Source: Thermotogota bacterium (GTDB taxonomy: Bacteria; Thermotogota; Thermotogae; Petrotogales; Kosmotogaceae). Taken from it: a DNA stretch of 64,000 nt. A model generated the notes under the pieces. The model searched no databases, was not told where the DNA came from, and saw only the letters and a program-made list of their open reading frames with translations. A program made the translations under genes and the position numbers. The stretch lies in assembly GCA_034660555.1 (NCBI GenBank), contig JAYEJL010000165.1, positions 32,001 to 96,000 of the forward strand. Reading direction: 5' to 3'. Below are positions 29,630 through 39,198 of the stretch, piece by piece (positions within the stretch are counted from its first letter, which is position 1; every line of letters begins with the position of its first letter).

Positions 29630-30853
29630 TCACTTTAACTCTTCTAAAATGACCTCCAGCCCTTTTTGCAACTGAATGTCTTTATCAAAATCAATATTGG
29701 CTTCGGTGGTAGTCATTCCTTCATTAGAATCGATTATAGTTTCTGTTGTATCAACAGTAATGTCAGGCAAAATACCCTTTAAATGAATGTCAGAACCATT
29801 TGGAGTTAGATAATGAGCTGTTGGCAACCAGATCTCGCTACCATTTGACACATCATATACAGTTTGAACAGCTGCTTTTCCAAATGTTGTTGTCCCTATA
29901 ATCGTTGCCAGACTATGATCTTTGAGTGCACCGGTAAGGATTTCAGAACCTGAAGCACTTCCTTCGTTTATCAAAGTGACAATTGGTTTGTCTTTGAGAT
30001 ATTTAGCTGCATCACTGCCCCATGATCGATAGATCTCTTTGCTTCCATCTCTATCTTCTATCGTTATAACAGTCTTACCGGCAGGCAATAGAAGGCTGGA
30101 TATATTCAGTACACTATTCAGTAAACCACCGGGATTGTCTCTCAAATCGATAATCAAACCATCAGAATCAACAACTTCTCTCAGAGCTCTTGCAAACTCG
30201 TTGTAAGTTGGCTTACTAAATTGCGTTATTCTTATATAACCGATCTCTGCGTCTTCGTAATCAAATTGTGAATATTTAACTGTCTTGATTTCAATCTTTG
30301 CCCTTACGATGGTTATTATGAGTGGTTCTTCTAAATTATCCCTATAAACCTCTACCGTGACTTCTGTGCCAGGTTCACCTCTTAACAGATCTACCGATTT
30401 GTAATATCCAGTTTCCGCAACATCATGCCCATCTATAGTTACAATCAGGTCTCCTACTTTTAGTCCCGCCTTTCTGGCTGGAGAACCTTCCATCGGTGAA
30501 ACCACTTCAAGACATTCATATTGAGAATTATATGTTACTACTGCTCCGATCCCACCATATTTGGATTCTGTGTCTATCTTGTTTTCTTGAGTCATTCTTG
30601 GTGTAAAATACCATGCAAAGGGATCATCCAGCCCTTTCATCGTTCCAGTAAGGGTTTCGTTCAGTATGTTGTCGTAATCTACTTTATCAATATCATAATA
30701 ATTGTCTTCTATATAATTTAATATTTCAAAAACTGGTTCAAATTTGTCTCTCTTTTCCTGGTCTGTCAGATCTTTAAAAGCTCCTAAAGCAAAAACAACC
30801 ATCAGTAATGATATTACAATTGAAATTCTTATTATGTTTCTCTTCATAGTCAA
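29630..30853 (-). CDS. ctpA: S41 C-terminal processing protease
   Basis: Signal/TM, PDZ (GIG..V, GSPA.KAGL), DLRDNPGG, SASGSEI, TFGK. Confidence 0.93.
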   Translation of the reverse strand: MTMKRNIIRISIVISLLMVVFALGAFKDLTDQEKRDKFEPVFEILNYIEDNYYDIDKVDYDNILNETLTGTMKGLDDPFAWYFTPRMTQENKIDTESKYGGIGAVVTYNSQYECLEVVSPMEGSPARKAGLKVGDLIVTIDGHDVAETGYYKSVDLLRGEPGTEVTVEVYRDNLEEPLIITIVRAKIEIKTVKYSQFDYEDAEIGYIRITQFSKPTYNEFARALREVVDSDGLIIDLRDNPGGLLNSVLNISSLLLPAGKTVITIEDRDGSKEIYRSWGSDAAKYLKDKPIVTLINEGSASGSEILTGALKDHSLATIIGTTTFGKAAVQTVYDVSNGSEIWLPTAHYLTPNGSDIHLKGILPDITVDTTETIIDSNEGMTTTEANIDFDKDIQLQKGLEVILEELK

Positions 30854-31000
30854 TCCTCCTCAAGTTTCTCTGAATCCATATCCAAAAAAACTACGTTCTT
30901 AGATATTCACTAACTACAAATAAAATTCTTTCACTTAGACATAAGCTCTATTTTAGTTATTATTACCATTATACATTGTTGTGTTTTAATATCCTGATTT

Positions 31001-31270
31001 CTATATTCTTCTCAGGTTAATGAGATTCTCTATAAGTTCGTTTAGATTTGAAGTATCTCCTTTTTCATTTATTTCAAGAACACACTTTTTGGCATAGGTT
31101 TTGGCTATCATTTCAGAAATCTTTGAAAGTGCTGATATCACTGCGGAAACCTGATTGAGTATATCCGTGCAAGTTCTATCTTCTTCAATCATCTTTTGAA
31201 GACCTCTCAGTTGTCCTTCGGCTCTTTTCAACCTGTTTATCACTTTTTTCTTGTCTTCCGGTTTTTGCAC
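31001..31270 (-). CDS. CsoR/RcnR family transcriptional repressor
   Basis: NRLKR.EGQ.RG.QKM.EE...C.DIL.Q.SAV..AL. Confidence 0.9.
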   Translation of the reverse strand: MQKPEDKKKVINRLKRAEGQLRGLQKMIEEDRTCTDILNQVSAVISALSKISEMIAKTYAKKCVLEINEKGDTSNLNELIENLINLRRI

Positions 31271-31288
31271 CGTGCATCACCTCGAATC

Positions 31289-32953
31289 TTAGTATTCGAA
31301 TGTACTGCCTCCAATGAACTCCCTTAATATCGATGTTTTTGGTATTTCTTCGAAAACTGTTAACGGTAAAAAATAATCGATGAATCTTAATAATCTTTTC
31401 GCTTCTGTATATTCCGGCTGTTTATTGTCAATTTGAACAAGTAATGGTTCTGCAAACATTTTTAAAACAGCCAGCTCGTAAATCAAAGCAGAATTAAACA
31501 TCACATCAGCTTCTTCCTGGAATGGAAAGATATTCTCCTCTTCTCCTTTCCTTACATTTGCCCACATTCTTATGGTATTCTTTGCTGAATGTCCTCTAAA
31601 TTTATAATCCCTTACTATTCTTCTTAAAAGGCGAACATCTGTTGTAGGTATTCTGTTCATATCATCAAGATTCATTTGTGTTAAGGCACTTACATATATT
31701 TTATACTTTTTTTCTTTGGGTATTGAACTTGTCAACCTTTCATTCAAACCATGAATGCCTTCCACAATTATGAGTTGATCCTTTTCCAATCTGGTTGGTT
31801 TGTCACGGTATTCCCGTTTCCCAACCTTGAAATGATATTTTGGTAATATAACCTCTTTGCCCATCATTAAATCAGTCATATTTTTATTAAATAATTCCAG
31901 ATCAAGTGCTTCAATAGATTCAAAATCGTAGTTCCCATTTTCATCCAGAGGTGTCTGATCCCTGTTAACAAAATAATCATCAATAGAAATCTGCAAAGAC
32001 GATATACCAAGTACTTTTAAATGCAGCATAAGTCGTTTAGAAAATGTCGTTTTTCCAGAACTTGAAGGACCAGCAACGAGAACAAGATTTTTCTCTTTGT
32101 GTTTTACAAGTTCATCAGCTATTTGCGCAATTTTCTTTTCATGCAATACTTCTGCTATTCTTAGCAACTCTACAGCTTCACTGCCACCCTTTGCGATTAT
32201 TTCGTTGAGTTCTCCAGCTGTTTTCACTCCAAGAATACTTCCCCACTGTTCATGTTCCATAAAAATTGAAGCCAGCTTTGGCAAGTCCTCAAATTCAGGT
32301 ACTTCATTTGGAGAATCATTTGTTGGAAGATTCAAAATGAAATAATCACCATAGGGTATAAGGTCAAACCATTTCAGCACGCCTGTACTCATAGGCATAT
32401 ATCCATAAAAATAATTCACAAAACCATTACAATAATACGTATTAACGGTGCTCTTCTTTCTGTATTTGAAGAGCAAAGATTTTTCTCTCTGATAATCTTT
32501 TTCAAAAAAATCGGTGGCTTCAAATTTATCCATAGAATCCTTAATAAATCTCAGATCTCTCTTAACAAAATCATTCATAATTTCCTTTACTTTTTTCAGC
32601 AGGGTTTCATCAACTGAATAATCCTTCAGCTCACAAACCAGGCCGGAACCAAGTGAATGATGTACATACAACTTCGCATCTTTGTATATTTTTCTAAAGG
32701 CCATCAGCATTATGAAAAGAATCCCTCTGGTATAGATTCTTAATCCATCGGTAGTTGTTAGATCCAGAAAGTCTATTTTACCGCCCTTTAATATCGGCTT
32801 TCTCAGTTCAAAAAGTGTATTATCAATTTTTGCTCCCATAATTGGAGAATCAAAGTATTCCTGATATCTGGAAGTTATTTCATGAATTTTTGTTCCGTAA
32901 GGTATCTCTTCCTTTTTACCAGTTTTTTCAAAAAAAATCTCAACAGTTTTCAC
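31289..32953 (-). CDS. Uridine kinase family protein with N-terminal ThrRS-like (TGS/SAD) region
   Basis: C-terminal AGPSSSGKTT, DDYF, VEGIHGL, RRIVRD; N-terminal ThrRS-like region; SD AGGAGGT favours GTG 32953. Confidence 0.88.
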   Translation of the reverse strand: MKTVEIFFEKTGKKEEIPYGTKIHEITSRYQEYFDSPIMGAKIDNTLFELRKPILKGGKIDFLDLTTTDGLRIYTRGILFIMLMAFRKIYKDAKLYVHHSLGSGLVCELKDYSVDETLLKKVKEIMNDFVKRDLRFIKDSMDKFEATDFFEKDYQREKSLLFKYRKKSTVNTYYCNGFVNYFYGYMPMSTGVLKWFDLIPYGDYFILNLPTNDSPNEVPEFEDLPKLASIFMEHEQWGSILGVKTAGELNEIIAKGGSEAVELLRIAEVLHEKKIAQIADELVKHKEKNLVLVAGPSSSGKTTFSKRLMLHLKVLGISSLQISIDDYFVNRDQTPLDENGNYDFESIEALDLELFNKNMTDLMMGKEVILPKYHFKVGKREYRDKPTRLEKDQLIIVEGIHGLNERLTSSIPKEKKYKIYVSALTQMNLDDMNRIPTTDVRLLRRIVRDYKFRGHSAKNTIRMWANVRKGEEENIFPFQEEADVMFNSALIYELAVLKMFAEPLLVQIDNKQPEYTEAKRLLRFIDYFLPLTVFEEIPKTSILREFIGGSTFEY

Positions 32954-32976
32954 ATTAGATACCTCCTGAAGACTGC

Positions 32977-33005
32977 TTGACACTAACAATCTATAATGCT
33001 AAAAT
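32977..33005 (+). promoter_or_regulatory. Sigma70 promoter for tRNA-Gln
   Basis: TTGACA-N17-TAAAAT with TG extension. Confidence 0.8.
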
Positions 33006-33015
33006 CATCATGTTT

Positions 33016-33091
33016 TGGGGTGTAGCCAAGCTGGTAAGGCATCAGAATTTGGATCTGACATCCGGAGGTTCGAGTCCTCCCGCCCCAGCCA
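33016..33091 (+). tRNA. tRNA-Gln(TTG)
   Basis: Acceptor TGGGGTG/CGCCCCA (U1-A72), anticodon arm TCAGA-ATTTGGA-TCTGA, TTCGAGT, G73-CCA. Confidence 0.94.
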
Positions 33092-33103
33092 ATAAATAAA
33101 AAC

Positions 33104-33129
33104 AAGGTGGCTTAATGGCCACCTTTTTT
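33104..33129. terminator. Terminator between convergent tRNA-Gln and PPIase gene
   Basis: AAGGTGGC-N6-GCCACCTT with flanking A and T runs. Confidence 0.8.
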
Positions 33130-33130
33130 A

Positions 33131-35251
33131 TTACTCTATCGTATCCGGCACATCGAGTTCTGGATTCATTTCATTATTCAAGTCCGAATCCAACTCAGTA
33201 TCCATTTCAATATCCGTTTCCAGATCAGTGTCTGTGGTTTCTGTAGATTCTTCTGACGGTTTGTTTAATTCTTCCAGAACTAAAGTTATTCCATCAATCT
33301 GATCCTGTAATGCTTTATCTTCAGGCATTAATTCCTTTAATTCACGTAGATAACGTCTCTCAGCCATCATGTATAATTGAACTAAACTTTCTGATTGATC
33401 AAGATTCGATAGTTTTTTATATGTATCTACAATGAGAAACAGTGCCGAGATTTTTGTGTCCGTTGATGCCTCAGTGCTTTCAATAATCTTTTGATTCAAT
33501 TCTCTCTCCATTTGATTCAACGGATATTCAATCAAATAATTTCTTGCCCGATTGCCAAAATACTGCTGGTAATAGCTCAAATAGCTCTGGTAAGTAGAAG
33601 GATCGTTTATTATTGGTTTCAGGTTCTGTTCATAGTAGTTTTCATAGTATCTATAAACAACCTTGGGATCATCAGGATCGATTTCATACATATATGTTAT
33701 TACCTGTGGTGAATAGGGCATCTCTTCATAAAGGAATCTGACAACCTTTTCAAACCGTTTTTCAAAACGTTGCAGTTCTTCATCTACCTGTTCAAACATT
33801 TTTTGGGCTTCTTCTAATTCAGATATGCCAAGTTGGTTTTCATATTCAAACAGTGTCTGCGCATTTTGAAAGGTTGATAGTTCATTTCTATCATTACTTT
33901 CGTTCAATTCCTGGATTTTCTCTTCAACTTCTTCTGGAGTCATTGCTAAAACAGTAGAAGGTAATGTTTCTCTGTATTCAATAATATCTGTCAATTTACT
34001 TTTTTTATCTTCAATCTCTGATTTTTTATTATCTGTGATCTTTGTATAAAGCACTATTGGAAGATAACCTTCAGAAAGTACTATCTGACCATCTTCCATG
34101 AAGATTTCCTCTTCAAGGCTTTTATAAAAGTCGTTTAATTCTTTCTCAGATTCCTGGACCTTCTGGTATCTATCAAAAAGTTTCATCTCTGAATCATTAA
34201 TTACATAATCAAAATTGCTTTCTTCTTTGTATTCTTCAAACCATTCCTGAAACTTCTGAATCAGATAATCATTCTTCACATCAGAATATACAGAGGATAA
34301 TTTTAGTTCCTCGAAATTGTCAAAAGTGGTTTTTGAAGCTACCCTTATTAAGTGATAACCATATTGTGTTTCAACAGGGCCAACAATTTCGTTAGGAGTT
34401 GCTGAAAAAGCAGCTTCTTCAAATTTCTCAACCATATCTCCTCTATGTATTTCTCCAAGACTGCCACCGGTCATGGCACTGTTTGTATCTATCGAAAAAT
34501 CACTGGCAGCTGTACTAAAATCTAACTCTTTAGAAACAATCTTATCTTTTATTTCATTGGCAGTCGCTTCAGAAGACACAAGAATGTGACTTGCATTAAC
34601 CACTTCGTATTCTTTCTTTATATCATCTTTGTTTTCTTCAAAATACTCAGCAAGTTGTTCATCTACATCGGTGAATACATGATCTTTTACCTTGTTTACA
34701 AGTATTTGACCGATAATTGTATCTTCAACCAGAGACCGAAATGCTTCTATGGAACCGTAAATACTTATAATTTGATTTCTCGTATTTTCATCTGAAGTAT
34801 AATTGTTAACAATTGAATCTGTTTGAGCGTCAAGTTCTTCCTGAGTGGGATAAATTCCTTCGTTCGCTGTGTAATATGTGAGTATCTTTTCTTCAATAAG
34901 GTTTTTCAGTACCATATGTCTTATTTCTATTTCACTTGGAACCTGTTGTGTGCCAAAATAGGCATTTACTTCCTGACCTTGCTGCCTTATATTGTCAATA
35001 TTCTGTCTTGCCATTCGTTCAAATTCTGTTATGGTAACAAAATATCTTTCTTCTTCAAGAGGTGTTCCATCCTTTGTTAGATATGCAACAGAATTTTCAT
35101 ATGAGAGAGTTGTTTCAGGTTCTTCGTTACTCCGACCCCGACCTGTCAGATAGCTGGCAACAGACCACCAGATTACACCAGCTGCAAAAAGAATCGCTAT
35201 CGTCCAGATGATGGGTACCTGAATTTTCTTCATTAAACCTTTCCTTTTCAT
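33131..35251 (-). CDS. Membrane-anchored parvulin-type peptidylprolyl isomerase (PpiD/PrsA-like)
   Basis: N-terminal TM, SurA-N-like helices, ASHILV...S.D..SA..GG.LG....MV..FE.AAF....VGPVET.YGYHLI. Confidence 0.85.
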   Translation of the reverse strand: MKRKGLMKKIQVPIIWTIAILFAAGVIWWSVASYLTGRGRSNEEPETTLSYENSVAYLTKDGTPLEEERYFVTITEFERMARQNIDNIRQQGQEVNAYFGTQQVPSEIEIRHMVLKNLIEEKILTYYTANEGIYPTQEELDAQTDSIVNNYTSDENTRNQIISIYGSIEAFRSLVEDTIIGQILVNKVKDHVFTDVDEQLAEYFEENKDDIKKEYEVVNASHILVSSEATANEIKDKIVSKELDFSTAASDFSIDTNSAMTGGSLGEIHRGDMVEKFEEAAFSATPNEIVGPVETQYGYHLIRVASKTTFDNFEELKLSSVYSDVKNDYLIQKFQEWFEEYKEESNFDYVINDSEMKLFDRYQKVQESEKELNDFYKSLEEEIFMEDGQIVLSEGYLPIVLYTKITDNKKSEIEDKKSKLTDIIEYRETLPSTVLAMTPEEVEEKIQELNESNDRNELSTFQNAQTLFEYENQLGISELEEAQKMFEQVDEELQRFEKRFEKVVRFLYEEMPYSPQVITYMYEIDPDDPKVVYRYYENYYEQNLKPIINDPSTYQSYLSYYQQYFGNRARNYLIEYPLNQMERELNQKIIESTEASTDTKISALFLIVDTYKKLSNLDQSESLVQLYMMAERRYLRELKELMPEDKALQDQIDGITLVLEELNKPSEESTETTDTDLETDIEMDTELDSDLNNEMNPELDVPDTIE

Positions 35252-35323
35252 AGCTCCAACTCCTTCCAGATTCTATTAAACTCATATAATGATATAACTT
35301 AATTAAACCATTATCAACCAATA

Positions 35324-35355
35324 AGGGGAGGTCGCTGTTTAGCACTTCCTCCCCT
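35324..35355 (-). terminator. Stem-loop downstream of GH57 gene
   Basis: AGGGGAGG-N16-CCTCCCCT; weak U tract. Confidence 0.5.
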
Positions 35356-35415
35356 GCAATGAACGATTATATCATAGCTATACTGCTAATTAAATATTCA
35401 TTTTCTGTAATCCAC

Positions 35416-37014
35416 TTATATTTCCTTAGTGTAAACCCTAAAATCAATATCATCAAAGATGCTGTCGATCCACTCCAGTGTCTTGAGTTTATCTTCATCA
35501 ATGTTGTCTTTTTCAAGTTCATTCTTCAGTTCTCTGAATCTATTAAGGTGTGTTTTAGTCTTGTTAACTGCATATTCTACTGTGGTTCCTGTAGTCATTA
35601 TAAAAGCCCAGTCACTGGATTGAGCAAGCAACAATTCCCTGGCCATCTGATTTAGTACCCGTTCGTGTATACCATTTGCTTGATAATATTTACTTGCTAG
35701 ATTTATCATGTTTTCAGCTGCATTATCAAGATGCCTATAAATCCATCCATTACTCCCATTTAGCCAGACTTCGTTATAACCATTTGCACCCCATGTGGAA
35801 ACCGCGGGAGTTACTATCTGAACGCTATCAATTGTATCTATGACTTCTCGAGGTGTATGTGGGTTCAACTCTTCAGCATCGTCCATTTCTCTGAACAGCT
35901 GTTCAATAAACAGCGGTCCTTCAAACCACCAGTGACCAAAAAGTTCAGCATCAAAAGGAGCTGTTATTACAGGTGCCACACCATCGAATTCTTCCAGCAG
36001 CTTCGTAACCTGTTCTTTCTTCTTGTTGATAAAATCCCTTGCATGTTCCGTGACAGCTTCATGTGCTTCATCAATATCATATAGCTCCTTTGAATTAAGG
36101 TCATTTTCCTTTGATGTTATTTTATGATATTTTATTCCAGTATTACAGCGTTCCCCGCTTCCATCTATATAAGGTTTTATATAGTCTTCTTCTCTATCAA
36201 ATCCAATATCTCTATAAAACTCTCTATATCGTGAGTCTCCAGGATAACCAACATCAGCACTCCATACCTGCTGACTTGATTCGGGATCCCTGGCAAAAAC
36301 AAAAACGCCTTCTTCTGTCATTACTGGTCTGTAAACACCATAAGCCGGAGCAGGATCGCCAAACCACAAACCATGAGAATCTACAAAGAAAAAGGAGAGT
36401 CCGTGTCTTTTAAGATATTTATCAAGACCAGGTTCATAACCACATTCAGCGAGCCAAATGCCATCTGGCTTTTGGCCAACATGTCTCTTATATGCATTAA
36501 CGCCAACTTCTATTTGAGCATTAACATTTTGAGGTATATGCATCATTAAAGGCAATAAACCATGAGTTGCATTACATGTAATAATTTGTAGATTGCCTTT
36601 ACTTTGAAAATGAGCAAATGCCTTTGTCAAATCACCATCAACAGCCTTGAAATGTTCCAGTATATCTTCATAATCTTCCCTATAGTACTTTGCCATCTTA
36701 TGTTTTAGTGGATTCTCATCTTTCGTGCGTTCAACTTCTTTATCTGCAAGTTCAATGAGTTTGTTCATGTACTCCTCATACTTCCGCTTTAAATCTTTGT
36801 TTGCGAACATTTCCATTAACGGAGGCGTTATGCTCATCGCCAGTTTGAAATTTATACCATCCTTTTCCAGGCGTTCAAAGACTTTTAGAAGAGGTATGTA
36901 TGTTTCTGTTATCCCTTCAAATAACCATCTTTCTTCCATAAATTGCGGGAAATCAGGATGATTGATAAATGGGAGATGAGCATGAAGCATCAGTATAAAT
37001 TTCCCTTTATTCAT
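35416..37014 (-). CDS. GH57 1,4-alpha-glucan branching enzyme (DUF1957)
   Basis: LHAHLP, EERWLFE.ITETYIP, ATHG.LP, WLAECGY, FDAELFGHWWFEG, LAQSSDW. Confidence 0.93.
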   Translation of the reverse strand: MNKGKFILMLHAHLPFINHPDFPQFMEERWLFEGITETYIPLLKVFERLEKDGINFKLAMSITPPLMEMFANKDLKRKYEEYMNKLIELADKEVERTKDENPLKHKMAKYYREDYEDILEHFKAVDGDLTKAFAHFQSKGNLQIITCNATHGLLPLMMHIPQNVNAQIEVGVNAYKRHVGQKPDGIWLAECGYEPGLDKYLKRHGLSFFFVDSHGLWFGDPAPAYGVYRPVMTEEGVFVFARDPESSQQVWSADVGYPGDSRYREFYRDIGFDREEDYIKPYIDGSGERCNTGIKYHKITSKENDLNSKELYDIDEAHEAVTEHARDFINKKKEQVTKLLEEFDGVAPVITAPFDAELFGHWWFEGPLFIEQLFREMDDAEELNPHTPREVIDTIDSVQIVTPAVSTWGANGYNEVWLNGSNGWIYRHLDNAAENMINLASKYYQANGIHERVLNQMARELLLAQSSDWAFIMTTGTTVEYAVNKTKTHLNRFRELKNELEKDNIDEDKLKTLEWIDSIFDDIDFRVYTKEI

Positions 37015-37784
37015 AGAAACAACCTCCCACTTAAATGCTTAGAAAGGATTTTTAAGTACTCTTCAGAAGAGGGATTCCCCTGTATTGAAGAAACTCTGCT
37101 GGAACCAATAAAGGCATTTTCTGTACTTGATCTCATGTGTGTTGGAGTCACCCTTCTTTTACTTTTACTGAGGTCAGCCCAGGTTTCATGTTTTCCATAC
37201 TTCGGAAAATTTCTTGGAGTAGATATAATGCTAGATATCATTATTCTTTGAAAACCTTCTTCATAATAACCGATTTCTACAACATAGTTGGCCCCGGCAA
37301 AATCGACTTCAAAATACCAGTTTCCAGGGTAAGAGTTTATTGAAGCCTCTTTTGTTAAATTGGCATTGTTGCCATCGAAAATTATATTTGTTACATCATG
37401 TAATCTAAGTTTGAGCTCGAATTTTTCAATCTTCTTTTTTGTATCAACTGAAAAATCCCAGTAGACATAAACCCATTGTGGATTTATGGGAAGAAGTACA
37501 ATTTTGTCTTTTTTATAGCTATCTGGCAAATCATATGCTTCTGGTTTAGAATGAATTTCGTGCTTTTCTTCATGTTTCTTCAGAACAGTTCCACTTGATG
37601 GTACTTCCTTATAAGTTTCATTTTTTCCGTTATCTATTTCTTCTGCCTTTTTCTTCAAAATCTTCACAAGATCACGCTTTTTCATGGTTCTTCTAAGCTT
37701 TAGCCCCAGCGATTTAGCGAAACTCCTAAGTTCTTGTATTGTAGGTGAAGATTCCAAAAACTTGAGAATCTTCCTATTTTCCAC
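37011..37784 (-). CDS. DUF4912 domain protein with Rho-N-like N-terminus
   Basis: TIQELR..AK.LG......KK..L, LP.SY....IVLLP..P...Y.YWD, LRL.DVT, WY, Y..EIG; overlaps GH57 start. Confidence 0.8.
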   Translation of the reverse strand: MENRKILKFLESSPTIQELRSFAKSLGLKLRRTMKKRDLVKILKKKAEEIDNGKNETYKEVPSSGTVLKKHEEKHEIHSKPEAYDLPDSYKKDKIVLLPINPQWVYVYWDFSVDTKKKIEKFELKLRLHDVTNIIFDGNNANLTKEASINSYPGNWYFEVDFAGANYVVEIGYYEEGFQRIMISSIISTPRNFPKYGKHETWADLSKSKRRVTPTHMRSSTENAFIGSSRVSSIQGNPSSEEYLKILSKHLSGRLFL

Positions 37785-37875
37785 CTTTTATCCCTCCCAT
37801 TTATATGTGTTCCAATCATAACATTTAAAAATTAGAGTTTACCACTGCTAAGACTGAATTAATTATAATGATTCA

Positions 37876-39198
37876 TTATTTCTTTCGTTTGCTGTTATTT
37901 CCTTGCTTATATAACCCAAATCGTTCTCGGTTATCAACTTTTTTTCTTTTCAACATATCCATAAGATATTTGGAAGCTTCTTCCAAGGGAATATTCTTTT
38001 GCTCACCAGAATTCATGTTCTTTATTGAAATCTCGCCAGACTTTATTTCATTTTCTCCTAATATTATTGAAATAGGGGTACCAATGCGAGAAGCGTGTTT
38101 CAACTTGTTACCTACATTTCTATTGACTACATCTACAAAAACAGAAAAATCCTTTTCTCTCAAATACTCAGCAATTTTAAAGGACTCCTTTTTTGCCATT
38201 TCATCAATTGCAAGAACCGCGATATCAGGTTTTTCCTTGTTTTCAGGAGCAATCTCCTCTTTTTTGAGCAATAGAATTATTCTGTCCAGTCCAGCAGCAA
38301 AACCAACAGCTGGTACGCTTTTACCTCCTATTTGTTCAATGAGACAATCATAACGGCCTCCCCCAAGAATCTGATCCTGCCCTCCAAGCGTGTTTGATCT
38401 TATCTCAAAAGCAGTTTTTGTATAGTAATCAAGCCCTCTAACGAGTGATTCATCTATTGTAAAACTTATATCGTTTTCTTTCAGTAAATGAATGAGCTTA
38501 TCGAAATGTTCTGAACACTCATCACATAAATAATCATGTATTGAGGGAGCTTTTTTCGCTATTTCTCTATCTTTGTCGCAATCCAGCAATCTTAGTACAT
38601 TTGTCTCGTATCGTTTTTTACAGTCATCACAAATTTTGTCAAACTTTCCAGAATAATAGTTCTTCAGTGCTTTACGGTATTCAGGTCTACATTTTTCGCA
38701 ACCAACAGAATTGATAAGTAGCTTAAAATCATTTATCCCCAGTGCTTTAACAAAGCTCACAGAAAAATCAATTATTTCAAAATCAGCTTCAGGATCCTCC
38801 GAACCCAATGTTTCTATTCCAAACTGATGAAATTGCCTCAATCGCCCCGCCTGTGGTTTTTCATACCTGAACATTGGTCCCACATAAAAAAGCTTTAAAG
38901 GTGAACCAAAATTAATGAACCCATTTTCAATATAAGCTCTCGCTATACTTGCAGTACCTTCAGGTCTTAGCGTAATTGACCTTCCACCTTTATCTTCAAA
39001 GGTGTACATTTCTTTTTGTACAACATCTGTATATTCTCCAACGCTTCTTTTGAAGAGCTGGGTTGCTTCAAAAATTGGGGTTCTAATTTCCTGAAACGCG
39101 TATTTTTTTGTTAAATCATAAATAATTTCCTCAACATAATGCCAGTAAGTTACTTCATCCATATATATATCCCTTGTGCCTTTTATTCTTCTGATCAT
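37876..39198 (-). CDS. hisS: Histidine--tRNA ligase
   Basis: KGT.D, RTPIFE, LRPEGTA, FRYEKPQ.GR.RQF.Q, LVRGLDYY, GGGRYD. Confidence 0.98.
   Translation of the reverse strand: MIRRIKGTRDIYMDEVTYWHYVEEIIYDLTKKYAFQEIRTPIFEATQLFKRSVGEYTDVVQKEMYTFEDKGGRSITLRPEGTASIARAYIENGFINFGSPLKLFYVGPMFRYEKPQAGRLRQFHQFGIETLGSEDPEADFEIIDFSVSFVKALGINDFKLLINSVGCEKCRPEYRKALKNYYSGKFDKICDDCKKRYETNVLRLLDCDKDREIAKKAPSIHDYLCDECSEHFDKLIHLLKENDISFTIDESLVRGLDYYTKTAFEIRSNTLGGQDQILGGGRYDCLIEQIGGKSVPAVGFAAGLDRIILLLKKEEIAPENKEKPDIAVLAIDEMAKKESFKIAEYLREKDFSVFVDVVNRNVGNKLKHASRIGTPISIILGENEIKSGEISIKNMNSGEQKNIPLEEASKYLMDMLKRKKVDNRERFGLYKQGNNSKRKK

Noticed and set aside
35339..35347. Half CIRCE (TTAGCACTT) upstream of the PPIase gene
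   Set aside because: No second arm at 9-nt spacing; lies inside a stem-loop better explained as a terminator
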